Source of the DNA: an uncultured Nitrososphaerota archaeon
Lineage (GTDB): Archaea; Korarchaeota; Korarchaeia; Korarchaeales; Korarchaeaceae
Reading direction: 5' to 3'
DNA: 32,000 bases
Assembly (NCBI GenBank): GCA_964480775.1
Contig: CAYZRF010000001.1
Span: 1-32,000, forward strand
Shown here: positions 1-8,137 of the stretch, in pieces
Layout: each line of letters opens with the position of its first letter
Position numbering within the stretch: position 1 is the stretch's first letter
Notes under the pieces: generated by a model
What the model saw: the letters and a program-made list of their open reading frames with translations, nothing else
The model's database searches: none
Told to the model about the DNA's origin: nothing
Translations under genes and position numbers: made by a program

Positions 1-1778
1 TTAACCTCTTCCCTAAACTCATTCAATCTAAGCGCCCGTATCAGATCAGCAGCTCTACGAGCGGTTACTGTAACAAAATGAGCTTCTTCCATAATATGAT
101 TTAACAAACAAATTAGCACTCTGAATGCAAGAGAGTCTGTAGAAACCTCGTCTATGATGTAATCAAAAAGTGGTTTTGGCTCCCTTTCAATGTTAATAGC
201 TTCTTTCCATGCCTCTAAGACGAAATTTTCTCCCGTCCATCCACTACCCCTTAGATGTCGCTTTATTTCCTCATTAGTGATTCCCTTCAACATAAGTCTA
301 GCATACTCCTTGTGATAAAGGACATGTTCTCTCCTTCCCACCTCTGTCCTTATCCTTTTCACATAACCGAGTTCTACTAAGTCATCCAAACCCAGCTTAT
401 TGATTTTATCTCTATCTTCCTCTCTAACTACGGATTTAAGGACTTTCTCTACTACTTCGTAGCTGCACGGGGCTTGAAAGACGTAGAATGCAGATACAAC
501 AAGGAATACGAGGCATTTAATCCAGTTTTCCTCAACTCTCTTTCGTAAGATCGACTCAAACTCGTTTATCACCACTTTCTCTAGGGACTGCCTTACTTTA
601 TTGAGGGAGTTAAGGGATTCCTCTACTTCTTCTGGAGAGCCTGAACCTATGATCTTGATGGCAGCAGCCATGAAAAGAGGATTAAACCCGGATCCTAAGA
701 TCAGATTACGGACCTGTTCTTTAGTTGGGGTGATTCCTACTTGTCTGCACAACCACTCTCCAAATCCAGTGAGATAGCTCTCATTCAACTCGATTTCTTC
801 TACTACTACTTCTTCATAGAGGCGATCTCCGTCCCTTAACTCCTCTTTCAAACTTCTTCTAGTTCCAATCAGAGCAATAGCATCGGCATCGGATATTTTT
901 CTCAGAGTCATTCTAGTCAAATCTTCACGAACTTCCGCTCTATCTAGGATGAAAACCATTCTCTTAACTAAAGTATTACCAAGCTCGTGTCCCAAAGCCT
1001 CCTCAATCCTTCCCTTAAATTCTGAGAAGTTTAAGTATGTTATGTTGCCTCCTTCTCTCTTATGCTCTTGCAAGTCCGCATAAAATACGAGATATCCCTT
1101 TTTGGTTAACTCCCAGCCAGCGTAGACTAGAGAGAAAGACTTTCCAGAAGCTGAAGGTCCTATTAATAATACACTCCTTCCTTTTTCAATATGCTCAATG
1201 AGCTTATCAACAATAGGCCATTTGAAGATCTCTTCTTTGGCTAACTCAATCAAGCTCGGGAGACGACCTACTTTAATGCCCTTAAAATTAGGCTTTTCTC
1301 TTGCGAGTTCTCTCACTAAAGTTGTGATGGGCAGGTATAACAGCGCGTTGGTTGCTTTAACTATACCCTCGGCCCTGGGTTTGACCTTTGACTCGGTTGC
1401 TATTGCCAAAATACTTGATGCCAAGGCTATTTTTGCAAGAGTTTTTGAAAATTCCACATCTCTGATGACTTCTGGATCAGGGTCCAATAATCTGTTTAAA
1501 ACACTTACCAAAAGAGGTGAAAGGTTTTCTACTTCCCTTTCTTCGAGTTTACCTTCAATTAGCTTTGAAAGATCGCTTGTTTTTTCGCCCAGCTCTTCTG
1601 AAATCAGTTCCGTAAGAACCTTCTTCTCTTGATCCTCAAAAAGTTTCTCGATATCTTCTATAAAATTTTTAAGAAAATAGAAGAAGTCTCTAAGTGCTGT
1701 AATCCTGTCCGCTATGTCTGAAGCAAAAACAAAACCTCCTATTGCACAAATTAAAGTTAGAGAAGGATCCAAAGGCAT
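1..1778 (-). CDS. P-loop NTPase, STAND/NACHT-like; C-terminus runs off the left window edge (592 codons visible)
   Basis: Absent from the ORF track because it is edge-truncated. Manual reverse translation from the ATG at 1778-1776 gives an uninterrupted frame to nt 1 (MPLDPSLTLICAIGGFVFASDIADRITALRDFFYFLKNF...). Walker A is LLIGPSASGKS and Walker B-like is MVFILDRAE. A helical/winged-helix-like region follows (LVELGYVKRI), and a helical N-terminal domain of about 190 aa precedes the P-loop. Track ORF 1198..1632(+) is its antisense shadow. Confidence 0.7.
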   Translation of the reverse strand, partial: MPLDPSLTLICAIGGFVFASDIADRITALRDFFYFLKNFIEDIEKLFEDQEKKVLTELISEELGEKTSDLSKLIEGKLEEREVENLSPLLVSVLNRLLDPDPEVIRDVEFSKTLAKIALASSILAIATESKVKPRAEGIVKATNALLYLPITTLVRELAREKPNFKGIKVGRLPSLIELAKEEIFKWPIVDKLIEHIEKGRSVLLIGPSASGKSFSLVYAGWELTKKGYLVFYADLQEHKREGGNITYLNFSEFKGRIEEALGHELGNTLVKRMVFILDRAEVREDLTRMTLRKISDADAIALIGTRRSLKEELRDGDRLYEEVVVEEIELNESYLTGFGEWLCRQVGITPTKEQVRNLILGSGFNPLFMAAAIKIIGSGSPEEVEESLNSLNKVRQSLEKVVINEFESILRKRVEENWIKCLVFLVVSAFYVFQAPCSYEVVEKVLKSVVREEDRDKINKLGLDDLVELGYVKRIRTEVGRREHVLYHKEYARLMLKGITNEEIKRHLRGSGWTGENFVLEAWKEAINIEREPKPLFDYIIDEVSTDSLAFRVLICLLNHIMEEAHFVTVTARRAADLIRALRLNEFREEV

Positions 1779-2028
1779 CGAAGCGTTCCCTTTCCCTTAA
1801 ACAAATCATCAAGAGATAGGTCAGAAAATTAAAAAATGATTATGAATTTCTCTTTTACACCTTTTTCCTTTTCGGTAACCTCTTCTAGGGTTACAAGAGA
1901 GTGGAAAGCTCTCTAGTGGCATTTAAGCCTCTGTTAACCTCAGAGTACCGAGCTCAAAACTCCATAGATCTATTCTTGCTTCTATCTATCCTCAAAACTT
2001 GATGTACTAACCTTCGCTCTAAGAGAAC

Positions 2029-2077
2029 AACATTAACCTCCCTGTCTGATATCAACACCATTGTGGGGGTTAATGTT
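2029..2077. other. Strong stem-loop (13 bp including one G-T, 23-nt loop) followed by a T-rich run on the + strand
   Basis: AACATTAACCTCC (2029-2041) pairs with GGGGGTTAATGTT (2065-2077). TTCTTTTTCT follows immediately. It lies in the 560-bp spacer between the NTPase start and the C39-like peptidase stop. Confidence 0.35.
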
Positions 2078-2336
2078 TCTTTTTCTAATCTTCTGAAGTT
2101 TATGAGTTCAACTAATTATGAGTCTACACGCTACTTGTAACATCTAATATTCTCAAGCTATTCATGCCTCGATAAAGGACGGTTGAAGAAACTCAGCAAA
2201 GTCGCTAGGTTTGGAAACATAATCCTGTCTGGCATAGTTAGAGAGGCAATTAATCAGATGTTAGAATAGGGCAGAATAGAGGTGATGTTTCTAACCTCAA
2301 CCCTAATCTCCTTCTTCCTTTCGACACGGAACTTCC

Positions 2337-2861
2337 TTAACTCCTAGGAAAGATGATGATTGTTTCATTGACTATTACCTCTAGTTTCCAGAGGGATGCA
2401 AAATCTTCATACTTTATCTTTATGATCGACCCGTTCCAAGGGTCAAACACGTATAAAATCCTCCCTAATCTATTGAAGCCTATCACTACCCTATAGTGTT
2501 TGTAAGATCGACCAAGGTCAAACCATTGCAAGACGATGACAGGGATGTCTTTCTCTATCCAGCCCTCAATAAAGGTGATGTTTGATGCTCCATTTATTAC
2601 TTCAAAATTTAGGGATCTAGCATAATCGACCATATCTTTGACTGTGGTCAGATTTATTGAGGGATTGTATATTTTAGAAGCGATCTCAGATTGCGATAGA
2701 TTAACTTTCCAATACTTAAGAACAGCAGACATAACAGCTGGTCCACACCAATATACATCTTTTTGAACTAATGTGGGGAAATTATGGATTTGGTGAATAT
2801 TTATTGTAATCATAACATAAATTATTAATAATAAGACAAGGAAAACCACAATAACTCTCAT
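2337..2861 (-). CDS. Membrane-anchored C39-like (papain-fold) cysteine peptidase
   Basis: Track ORF of 174 aa. N-terminal hydrophobic helix (VIVVFLVLLLIIYVMITI). Catalytic-type motifs are VYWCGPAVMSAVL (Cys), YKHYRVVIGF (His) and DPWNG (Asp), as in Peptidase_C39_2-like domains. Confidence 0.7.
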   Translation of the reverse strand: MRVIVVFLVLLLIIYVMITINIHQIHNFPTLVQKDVYWCGPAVMSAVLKYWKVNLSQSEIASKIYNPSINLTTVKDMVDYARSLNFEVINGASNITFIEGWIEKDIPVIVLQWFDLGRSYKHYRVVIGFNRLGRILYVFDPWNGSIIKIKYEDFASLWKLEVIVNETIIIFPRS

Positions 2862-3114
2862 TACTTAAGAAAATAAACATAAAGAATATATTAAGGCTCT
2901 CCCTTGAACATCATCTCTGTTTGACTCGAGTCCTCCTTATTGAAGAAGTTCCTTAAATCCAGTATTCATAATATTGACCATTGTATCGTTAATTACGTTT
3001 TCAACAAACTACGAGGCTTTTATTTGAAGCATTCCCCTTTACCTAAGCACTTTAATCGTTTACCTTTCTGCGGTTCCTAGCTATTACATCCCTGCAAGCC
3101 TCTACTTCAAAAAG

Positions 3115-4077
3115 ATGAAACGAAGAGTAACTAACAGATTTGTATTGAGGACAGCCTTTATCTTCTGGGGGCTATCCCTGCTCTTGGACCTTATATTTGT
3201 CGTCCTTTTAGCAGGGATAAACATTCTTTACCTATCCCTTCAACTGGATTTACCTAGGCGTAAGCCCCTTGATGATCCTCTCCGTATATCTTGCTGGTAT
3301 AAGGAGCATGAGGAGATGAGCAAGATGGGAAAGATGGCTGACATCGATGAGATGATGTACTCCTGCGGCTTAGACATCCTTCACCCCGGAGGGACAGAGA
3401 AGACAGATGAGATGGCAAGAATGTGCAAGATAGGAAGGGGAAAGAGGGTTTTGGACATTGGCTCAGGAAAAGGGGTAACAGCATGTTATCTAGCTCAGAA
3501 ATACGGGTGCGAAGTCGTTGGAGTCGATTTGTCCGAGAGAATGGTTGAATACGCTAGGGAGATGGCAAAAAGAAAGGGATTAGTTGATAAGGTCAGTTTT
3601 AGGAGGGCAGATGCCCATAACCTGCCCTTTGAGGATGAGAGCTTCGACATAGTTTTGGCTGAATGCACTATCGTGCTTCTTGATAAGGAAAGGGCCTTTT
3701 CAGAGTTCCTTCGCGTGCTAAAGCCTGGAGGATACCTAGGCGACCTAGAAATGATATGGAAAAAGCCACCACCAAAAGAGCTGGTGGATAAGGTCTACGA
3801 GGTTTGGGAGGGCTTTAGGACGATGACCCTCGATGAGTGGAAGGGTTTCTTCGAAAGGATGGGATTAGTTGAGGTAAAGGCCATCGATTTCTCTGAGGAA
3901 ATACCTGACATGGAAAAAGCAATGATGAGGGAGCTCGGCATAAAGGGCATGGTAAAGATGGCTTGCACGCTTTTGGTACGCTCAGATCTACGCAGGGCTA
4001 TGATAGAATACTGGAAGATCTTCAAGGAGTATAAAGACTACATAGGGTACGGCTACTTCGTTGGAAGGAAGAAATGA
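3115..4077 (+). CDS. Class I SAM-dependent methyltransferase (type 11 / UbiE-like small-molecule type)
   Basis: Motif I VLDIGSGKGVTACYLAQ, then EVVGVDLSERMV, post-I/II FDIVLAE, and LKPGGYL. The first 67 codons encode MKRR plus a hydrophobic helix. An alternative start is the ATG at 3316, preceded by AAGGAG at 3301-3306, which would give a typical 253-aa enzyme. Confidence 0.85.
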   Translation: MKRRVTNRFVLRTAFIFWGLSLLLDLIFVVLLAGINILYLSLQLDLPRRKPLDDPLRISCWYKEHEEMSKMGKMADIDEMMYSCGLDILHPGGTEKTDEMARMCKIGRGKRVLDIGSGKGVTACYLAQKYGCEVVGVDLSERMVEYAREMAKRKGLVDKVSFRRADAHNLPFEDESFDIVLAECTIVLLDKERAFSEFLRVLKPGGYLGDLEMIWKKPPPKELVDKVYEVWEGFRTMTLDEWKGFFERMGLVEVKAIDFSEEIPDMEKAMMRELGIKGMVKMACTLLVRSDLRRAMIEYWKIFKEYKDYIGYGYFVGRKK

Positions 4078-4101
4078 TGTCTCTTGAAGAATTTTAACTC
4101 G

Positions 4102-4488
4102 TTACTTCTCATTAACAACAAATCCAAGGCTCTCAAGCTTTTTTACTGCTTTGGAAAGGTCCTTCTCCTTAACCAAAATGTGATCCGTTGAATAAGCTGA
4201 AATAACAAAAATGCTAACGCCTTCATCTGCTAAAGCCTTAGAAACCCTTGCCAAAAAGCCTACCAACCCAAAAGGTAAGGTCATATCAAATGTAATCAGT
4301 TTCCAACCCTTCTCAGCTTCAATAACATCCTCATCGCTGATTTTGGACTGATCGATAACGGCAGTAATCTCTTTCTTGTCTTGAACTATAGCAAAGGCAT
4401 CCGGCAAAGGTCTCCTTGCTTTGACGATAGCAAAGGTTTCCCTCCAAACATACGCCTTTCCGCCCTTGAAATAATCCTCTAATTCCAT
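4102..4488 (-). CDS. ACT-domain (ACT_7-like) small-molecule-binding protein
   Basis: Track ORF of 128 aa. The C-terminal half is LPFGLVGFLARVSKALADEGVSIFVISAYSTDHILVKEKD, typical of stand-alone ACT domains. Confidence 0.65.
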   Translation of the reverse strand: MELEDYFKGGKAYVWRETFAIVKARRPLPDAFAIVQDKKEITAVIDQSKISDEDVIEAEKGWKLITFDMTLPFGLVGFLARVSKALADEGVSIFVISAYSTDHILVKEKDLSKAVKKLESLGFVVNEK

Positions 4489-4630
4489 GCTGAACTAAAA
4501 TCACGGATTGGATTAAATAGCTATCGTTTTGGCGGAACTGACGATTATCGTAGTCGTCTTTGGAACAAGTCCACCTTATTTTAGTAGTCCTAGGGTCTAT
4601 GTACTTGTAAGCCTTTGCTCAGAAGCATGA

Positions 4631-5107
4631 GTGATAAGGATGGTTGAATTTCAACGCCTGCCAAGACCTTTCTGGAGGCTGATGAGGTTCACGCGAATAT
4701 GGTATTCTTTAGGTCTTGGGCCTATTGTAGGACGGTGGGTCCTCCTTCTGACAACTAAAGGACGCAAGTCTGGACTGCCTCACGTAGTACCTCTTCAGTA
4801 CGAGGAGAAAGAAGGTGTGATTTACGTTGCATCAGCTCGCGGCCAAAAAGCAGATTGGTTCCGCAACATCCTTGCAGATCCGCATGTGGAGGTTCAAGTT
4901 AAAGGCAGACGCTTTCGCGGCTTAGCTGAACCCATTACAGACTTGTCTAGCGTTGTGGACTTCTTGGAAATGCAATTCAAACGCCATCCCCTGATGATGA
5001 GAGCCGTGCTCAGGTTCGAAGGTCTACCAGCTTGTCCTGATAGAAGCCAGTTAGAGGAGTACGCAAGGAAGATAGCTCTGCTTGCGATCAAACCTTTGAA
5101 GAACTAG
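4631..5107 (+). CDS. Nitroreductase-family deazaflavin (F420H2)-dependent oxidoreductase (DDN/PF04075-like)
   Basis: LLTTKGRKSGLPHVVPLQYEEKEGVIYVASARGQKADWFRNILADPHVEVQVKGRRF matches the family hallmark. The track start is GTG at 4631, and an in-frame ATG lies at 4640. Confidence 0.75.
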   Translation: MIRMVEFQRLPRPFWRLMRFTRIWYSLGLGPIVGRWVLLLTTKGRKSGLPHVVPLQYEEKEGVIYVASARGQKADWFRNILADPHVEVQVKGRRFRGLAEPITDLSSVVDFLEMQFKRHPLMMRAVLRFEGLPACPDRSQLEEYARKIALLAIKPLKN

Positions 5108-5170
5108 CTAATTTGAGAGAAACCTTGCTTCTTATGCTTTCTTTTTGATCTGAGAGGGCTATTCTTGACT

Positions 5171-7852
5171 TCATGATTCTCGACCATATCTCACGAGCAA
5201 TTTTGCGAATATTAACGAAGACGTTGAAATCATGCTCAAGACGAACATAGCCGTAGAGAACATCATTAAGCCAGACCATTGCGCGATCTCAGCTACAACA
5301 ATAAGACAAAGGCCTAAAGTCCATACCAACAAAGACGCACGTAGAGCCTTGGTAGAAACCCTTAGCTTCTTGACGAGCCTGAGAATAAAGGCCAAAGGGG
5401 CAAAGTAAGCGAGTCCTATCAGGAAAGACGCAACTAGTCCTGATACTAAGACGGCGAACTCGGGGTTGAAGCTAAGGAGAGAGTATGTGGCCGCAGATAG
5501 ATGGAGTATACCAATCAAAGGATACAGGAAGACCTTCATAGCTGCCCTAATAAGCGAATTTCCCTCGATTATTTCAGCTATTCTGGGACTGAACGAGTAA
5601 TACCATGCGTTGAACACAGTCATGAAGTTCTTGCCTGCAAACGTCTTCAGGATCGCTTTATCCCTAAATTCCCTTAGGAACTGAACCTCCTGGCTTAGCT
5701 CTGAGCCGTAGGTGGATGTAGCTATTATGCAGCCCTTCTCCTCGACCATGAAGTAAAGGGTTGTGCTAGTCGAGCCCCTATATTCAGCGTCCCCTTCCCA
5801 ACTCACTTCAACGCTCCACTGCCCAACTGCATCCGGTTCATAAGTGTCTCTGAATGAGCCATCAGCCATAGTCGTAACCGTCCTTACGAAGGTAGATGAA
5901 TCTGGTCTGGTATAAGAGATCTTAATGGTCCTGCCTCCTGCCTCTGGCGTGACTGAGCCAGTTATGGTGACGCTCTCTCCTATTTTGATGGAGTCTGGGG
6001 AGACAGAAGCAGAAATCGAGCTTTCTCTGAGAGCGCGCAGCTCTCCTCTGTAAAGCTCATACGGCATGCCAAAAGGATCGTAAGCCGTAACCAAGATGTT
6101 GAATACTGGTCCTAAAGATTCAGCCTCGTAGACGATCCTCACAGCAAGCTCGCTATTTGGTGGCACGGAAGGTATCAATATGGAGGCTCTGTTTCCCTCA
6201 ACTTCCCTCAGATAGGTGTAGAAATCACCTTGCAAGTCCAGAGATGAAACGCTTTCATCCCCAACTACAGTTACGTTTACATAAAGGGCTGGAACTTCTC
6301 CAGCGGTCAGCAATATTTCACCGCTGCCAGCTAGGTCCGGATCTTGCGAAATTGATGGGATGGTAGCGGAAAAGCTTATCTCGGGAATTGTAACGGGAAC
6401 TCCTTGGTATCGCTCCACATAAACCCTCGTCAAATTCAGGTAAGAGAACCCGTACTCCATGCTTGGCTCCAACTCCGTTCCCTCGTGCCACTCGTTCCAT
6501 GAGGTTATGATAACCGAGTCGGCATCGAGATCTATCGCAGTCCTCCAAAGCTTTCCGTATAATTCGCCTCCCTCCCTATCCCTAAATAACCCGGGACTCC
6601 TAACGTTCGTGTCATCGTATCCCGGAACAACCGTGATGAAGAAGGTCTTCAGTTCAAGGGGCACTTCCATTCCAGCGTAGGCACGGGAGAAGGCTTCGTC
6701 TATGTCCATCTTCTTGGGTCCAACCCTCAGCTGCTTCTTGTTATGGGTGTAGTACGCCCTCCCATCGTCCTCAGGATGGGTAGTTATGTAAACGTAGGTG
6801 TAAAAGCCCTCAAAAGCACCCAAGTAACTCTCGTTAATTGTGTTTCCGATGAAAACTACGTCTCCTAACCTTTCATTTACCTCCTCTCTGTATTCCAGCC
6901 ATTGCCTTGGGCTAATCGCTGAAGGAGTGTAGAAGAAGAAAACTGGCCTGCCAGAGTCCTTAAGGAAAGCGGGATGAGAGATGGAGTTCTCTATCTCAGC
7001 GAAATCCTGCCTTCTGAGCCCTGATTGGGAGAGCTTAATCCCCATCTCCTCAGCTATTTTAAGCATGGATGACCACAGCTCTGCTGGAAGGGGATCCTCG
7101 AAGGGATAGTGTGCAATGAGGCCGTTTATTCCCGCGTACTTAGCCATTGACATGTGGGCGTATATGACCCGTTCGTCCACAGAATCGTAAAGTCCCATCA
7201 GGGGATAATCCGCATAGCCCTCGTTCCAGTGGAACAACCAACCTGAGGGGCCCTCTGGGCAGAAATACCACTGGTAGTAGAAGGCAAAGACCTCCTTGTC
7301 GATCTCCTTTAAAGCCTTCTCCACGCTCGCCGTAGCGACTGGCGTTTCATACATGCTAGAAAGGCCCACCTCAAAGATCTCAGGCCCAGATTCACCCTCT
7401 TCCAGCAAGATCTCACCTAACCTCGTGAAACGGCCTTCTGCCCTGTCGTAGTAAAATAAACTGACCCTCAGGTAGCCAGCAGCCCCTTTAGACACCCTGA
7501 GCCTAGCGCTCATGTCTCCCTCTAGGACCAAGGACTCAGCCTCCATCACCACCCTTGTGGTGGAATCGTCCTTTCCGATACCGTAGTCTAAGCCCTCGAA
7601 CCAGTAATCCAGTCCTGGTGCATTAGCGCCTTCAACTACGCTTCTTCTGGTCACGGCAAGATTTGGACCCTGGAGCCATTCAATCGAACTCCAAGGCCCG
7701 TTCGTCTGAATTACCTGCTTGATTATGTAGAGAGGGTGTTGTCCCTCCGTAATCTCATCGGGAAAACCTTTAACAAGGCCGAACGGTGTCGCTAACAGGG
7801 TTAACACAAGTAAACTCACGATAAAAGAACGGCTATCTCTTGCGATCTTCAT
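5171..7852 (-). CDS. Secreted/surface GH99-like glycoside hydrolase with Ig-like domains and a multi-helix C-terminal membrane anchor
   Basis: 893 aa. Signal peptide MKIARDSRSFIVSLLVLTLLATPFG. GH99-type motifs are FAFYYQWY, HWNEG, YPLMGLYDSVDERVIYAHM, VVPGYDDTNVR and ITSWNEWHEGTELEPS. A beta-rich region follows (SVSPDSIKIGESVTITGSV...). Next comes CIIATSTYGSELSQEVQFLREFRD, then about 4 hydrophobic helices. Confidence 0.8.
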   Translation of the reverse strand: MKIARDSRSFIVSLLVLTLLATPFGLVKGFPDEITEGQHPLYIIKQVIQTNGPWSSIEWLQGPNLAVTRRSVVEGANAPGLDYWFEGLDYGIGKDDSTTRVVMEAESLVLEGDMSARLRVSKGAAGYLRVSLFYYDRAEGRFTRLGEILLEEGESGPEIFEVGLSSMYETPVATASVEKALKEIDKEVFAFYYQWYFCPEGPSGWLFHWNEGYADYPLMGLYDSVDERVIYAHMSMAKYAGINGLIAHYPFEDPLPAELWSSMLKIAEEMGIKLSQSGLRRQDFAEIENSISHPAFLKDSGRPVFFFYTPSAISPRQWLEYREEVNERLGDVVFIGNTINESYLGAFEGFYTYVYITTHPEDDGRAYYTHNKKQLRVGPKKMDIDEAFSRAYAGMEVPLELKTFFITVVPGYDDTNVRSPGLFRDREGGELYGKLWRTAIDLDADSVIITSWNEWHEGTELEPSMEYGFSYLNLTRVYVERYQGVPVTIPEISFSATIPSISQDPDLAGSGEILLTAGEVPALYVNVTVVGDESVSSLDLQGDFYTYLREVEGNRASILIPSVPPNSELAVRIVYEAESLGPVFNILVTAYDPFGMPYELYRGELRALRESSISASVSPDSIKIGESVTITGSVTPEAGGRTIKISYTRPDSSTFVRTVTTMADGSFRDTYEPDAVGQWSVEVSWEGDAEYRGSTSTTLYFMVEEKGCIIATSTYGSELSQEVQFLREFRDKAILKTFAGKNFMTVFNAWYYSFSPRIAEIIEGNSLIRAAMKVFLYPLIGILHLSAATYSLLSFNPEFAVLVSGLVASFLIGLAYFAPLAFILRLVKKLRVSTKALRASLLVWTLGLCLIVVAEIAQWSGLMMFSTAMFVLSMISTSSLIFAKLLVRYGRES

Positions 7853-8137
7853 CGTAAGAAACCATCCGACGAAAAAACAGTGAGTTATATTTAAAGCATA
7901 GACTGTTTTCCTAAAAAATTTATACTAATACTCACAATGCGCAGCATCGTTACCATTAAGCTGGCTGTTTAGGTACCAATATCGCACCTTAGTCATTCTA
8001 GTGGGCTAATACAATCAAGGCTTGCTAACCATAAAGGACAGATCGCTCTCCTTTGAGTTAGAGTCATAGAAAGTTGTATCCAATGAAAAAGAAAGCTATC
8101 AGCTTTAATTATCCCTTTTACTATCCTCTTGAGGGCA

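Noticed and set aside
1198-1632. Track ORF of 144 aa on the + strand
   Set aside because: It lies entirely antisense to the long uninterrupted NTPase frame. Its sequence is Ser/Leu-rich and low-complexity, typical of a shadow ORF.
1954-2061. 35-aa minus-strand ORF (MVLISDREVNVVLLERRLVHQVLRIDRSKNRSMEF) inside the hairpin region
   Set aside because: It has no RBS or TATA at a suitable distance, and its ATG sits in the hairpin loop. There is nothing to separate it from chance in an AT-rich spacer.
3254-4025. Track ORFs 3254..3484(-) and 3795..4025(-)
   Set aside because: Both are antisense shadows of the methyltransferase gene, with no motifs.
5088-5279. Track ORF of 63 aa (-) overlapping the 3' end of the GH99-like gene
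   Set aside because: It is out of frame with the well-supported 893-aa gene and has no independent signals. The same reasoning applies to 6157..6366, 6318..6548 and 6459..6680.
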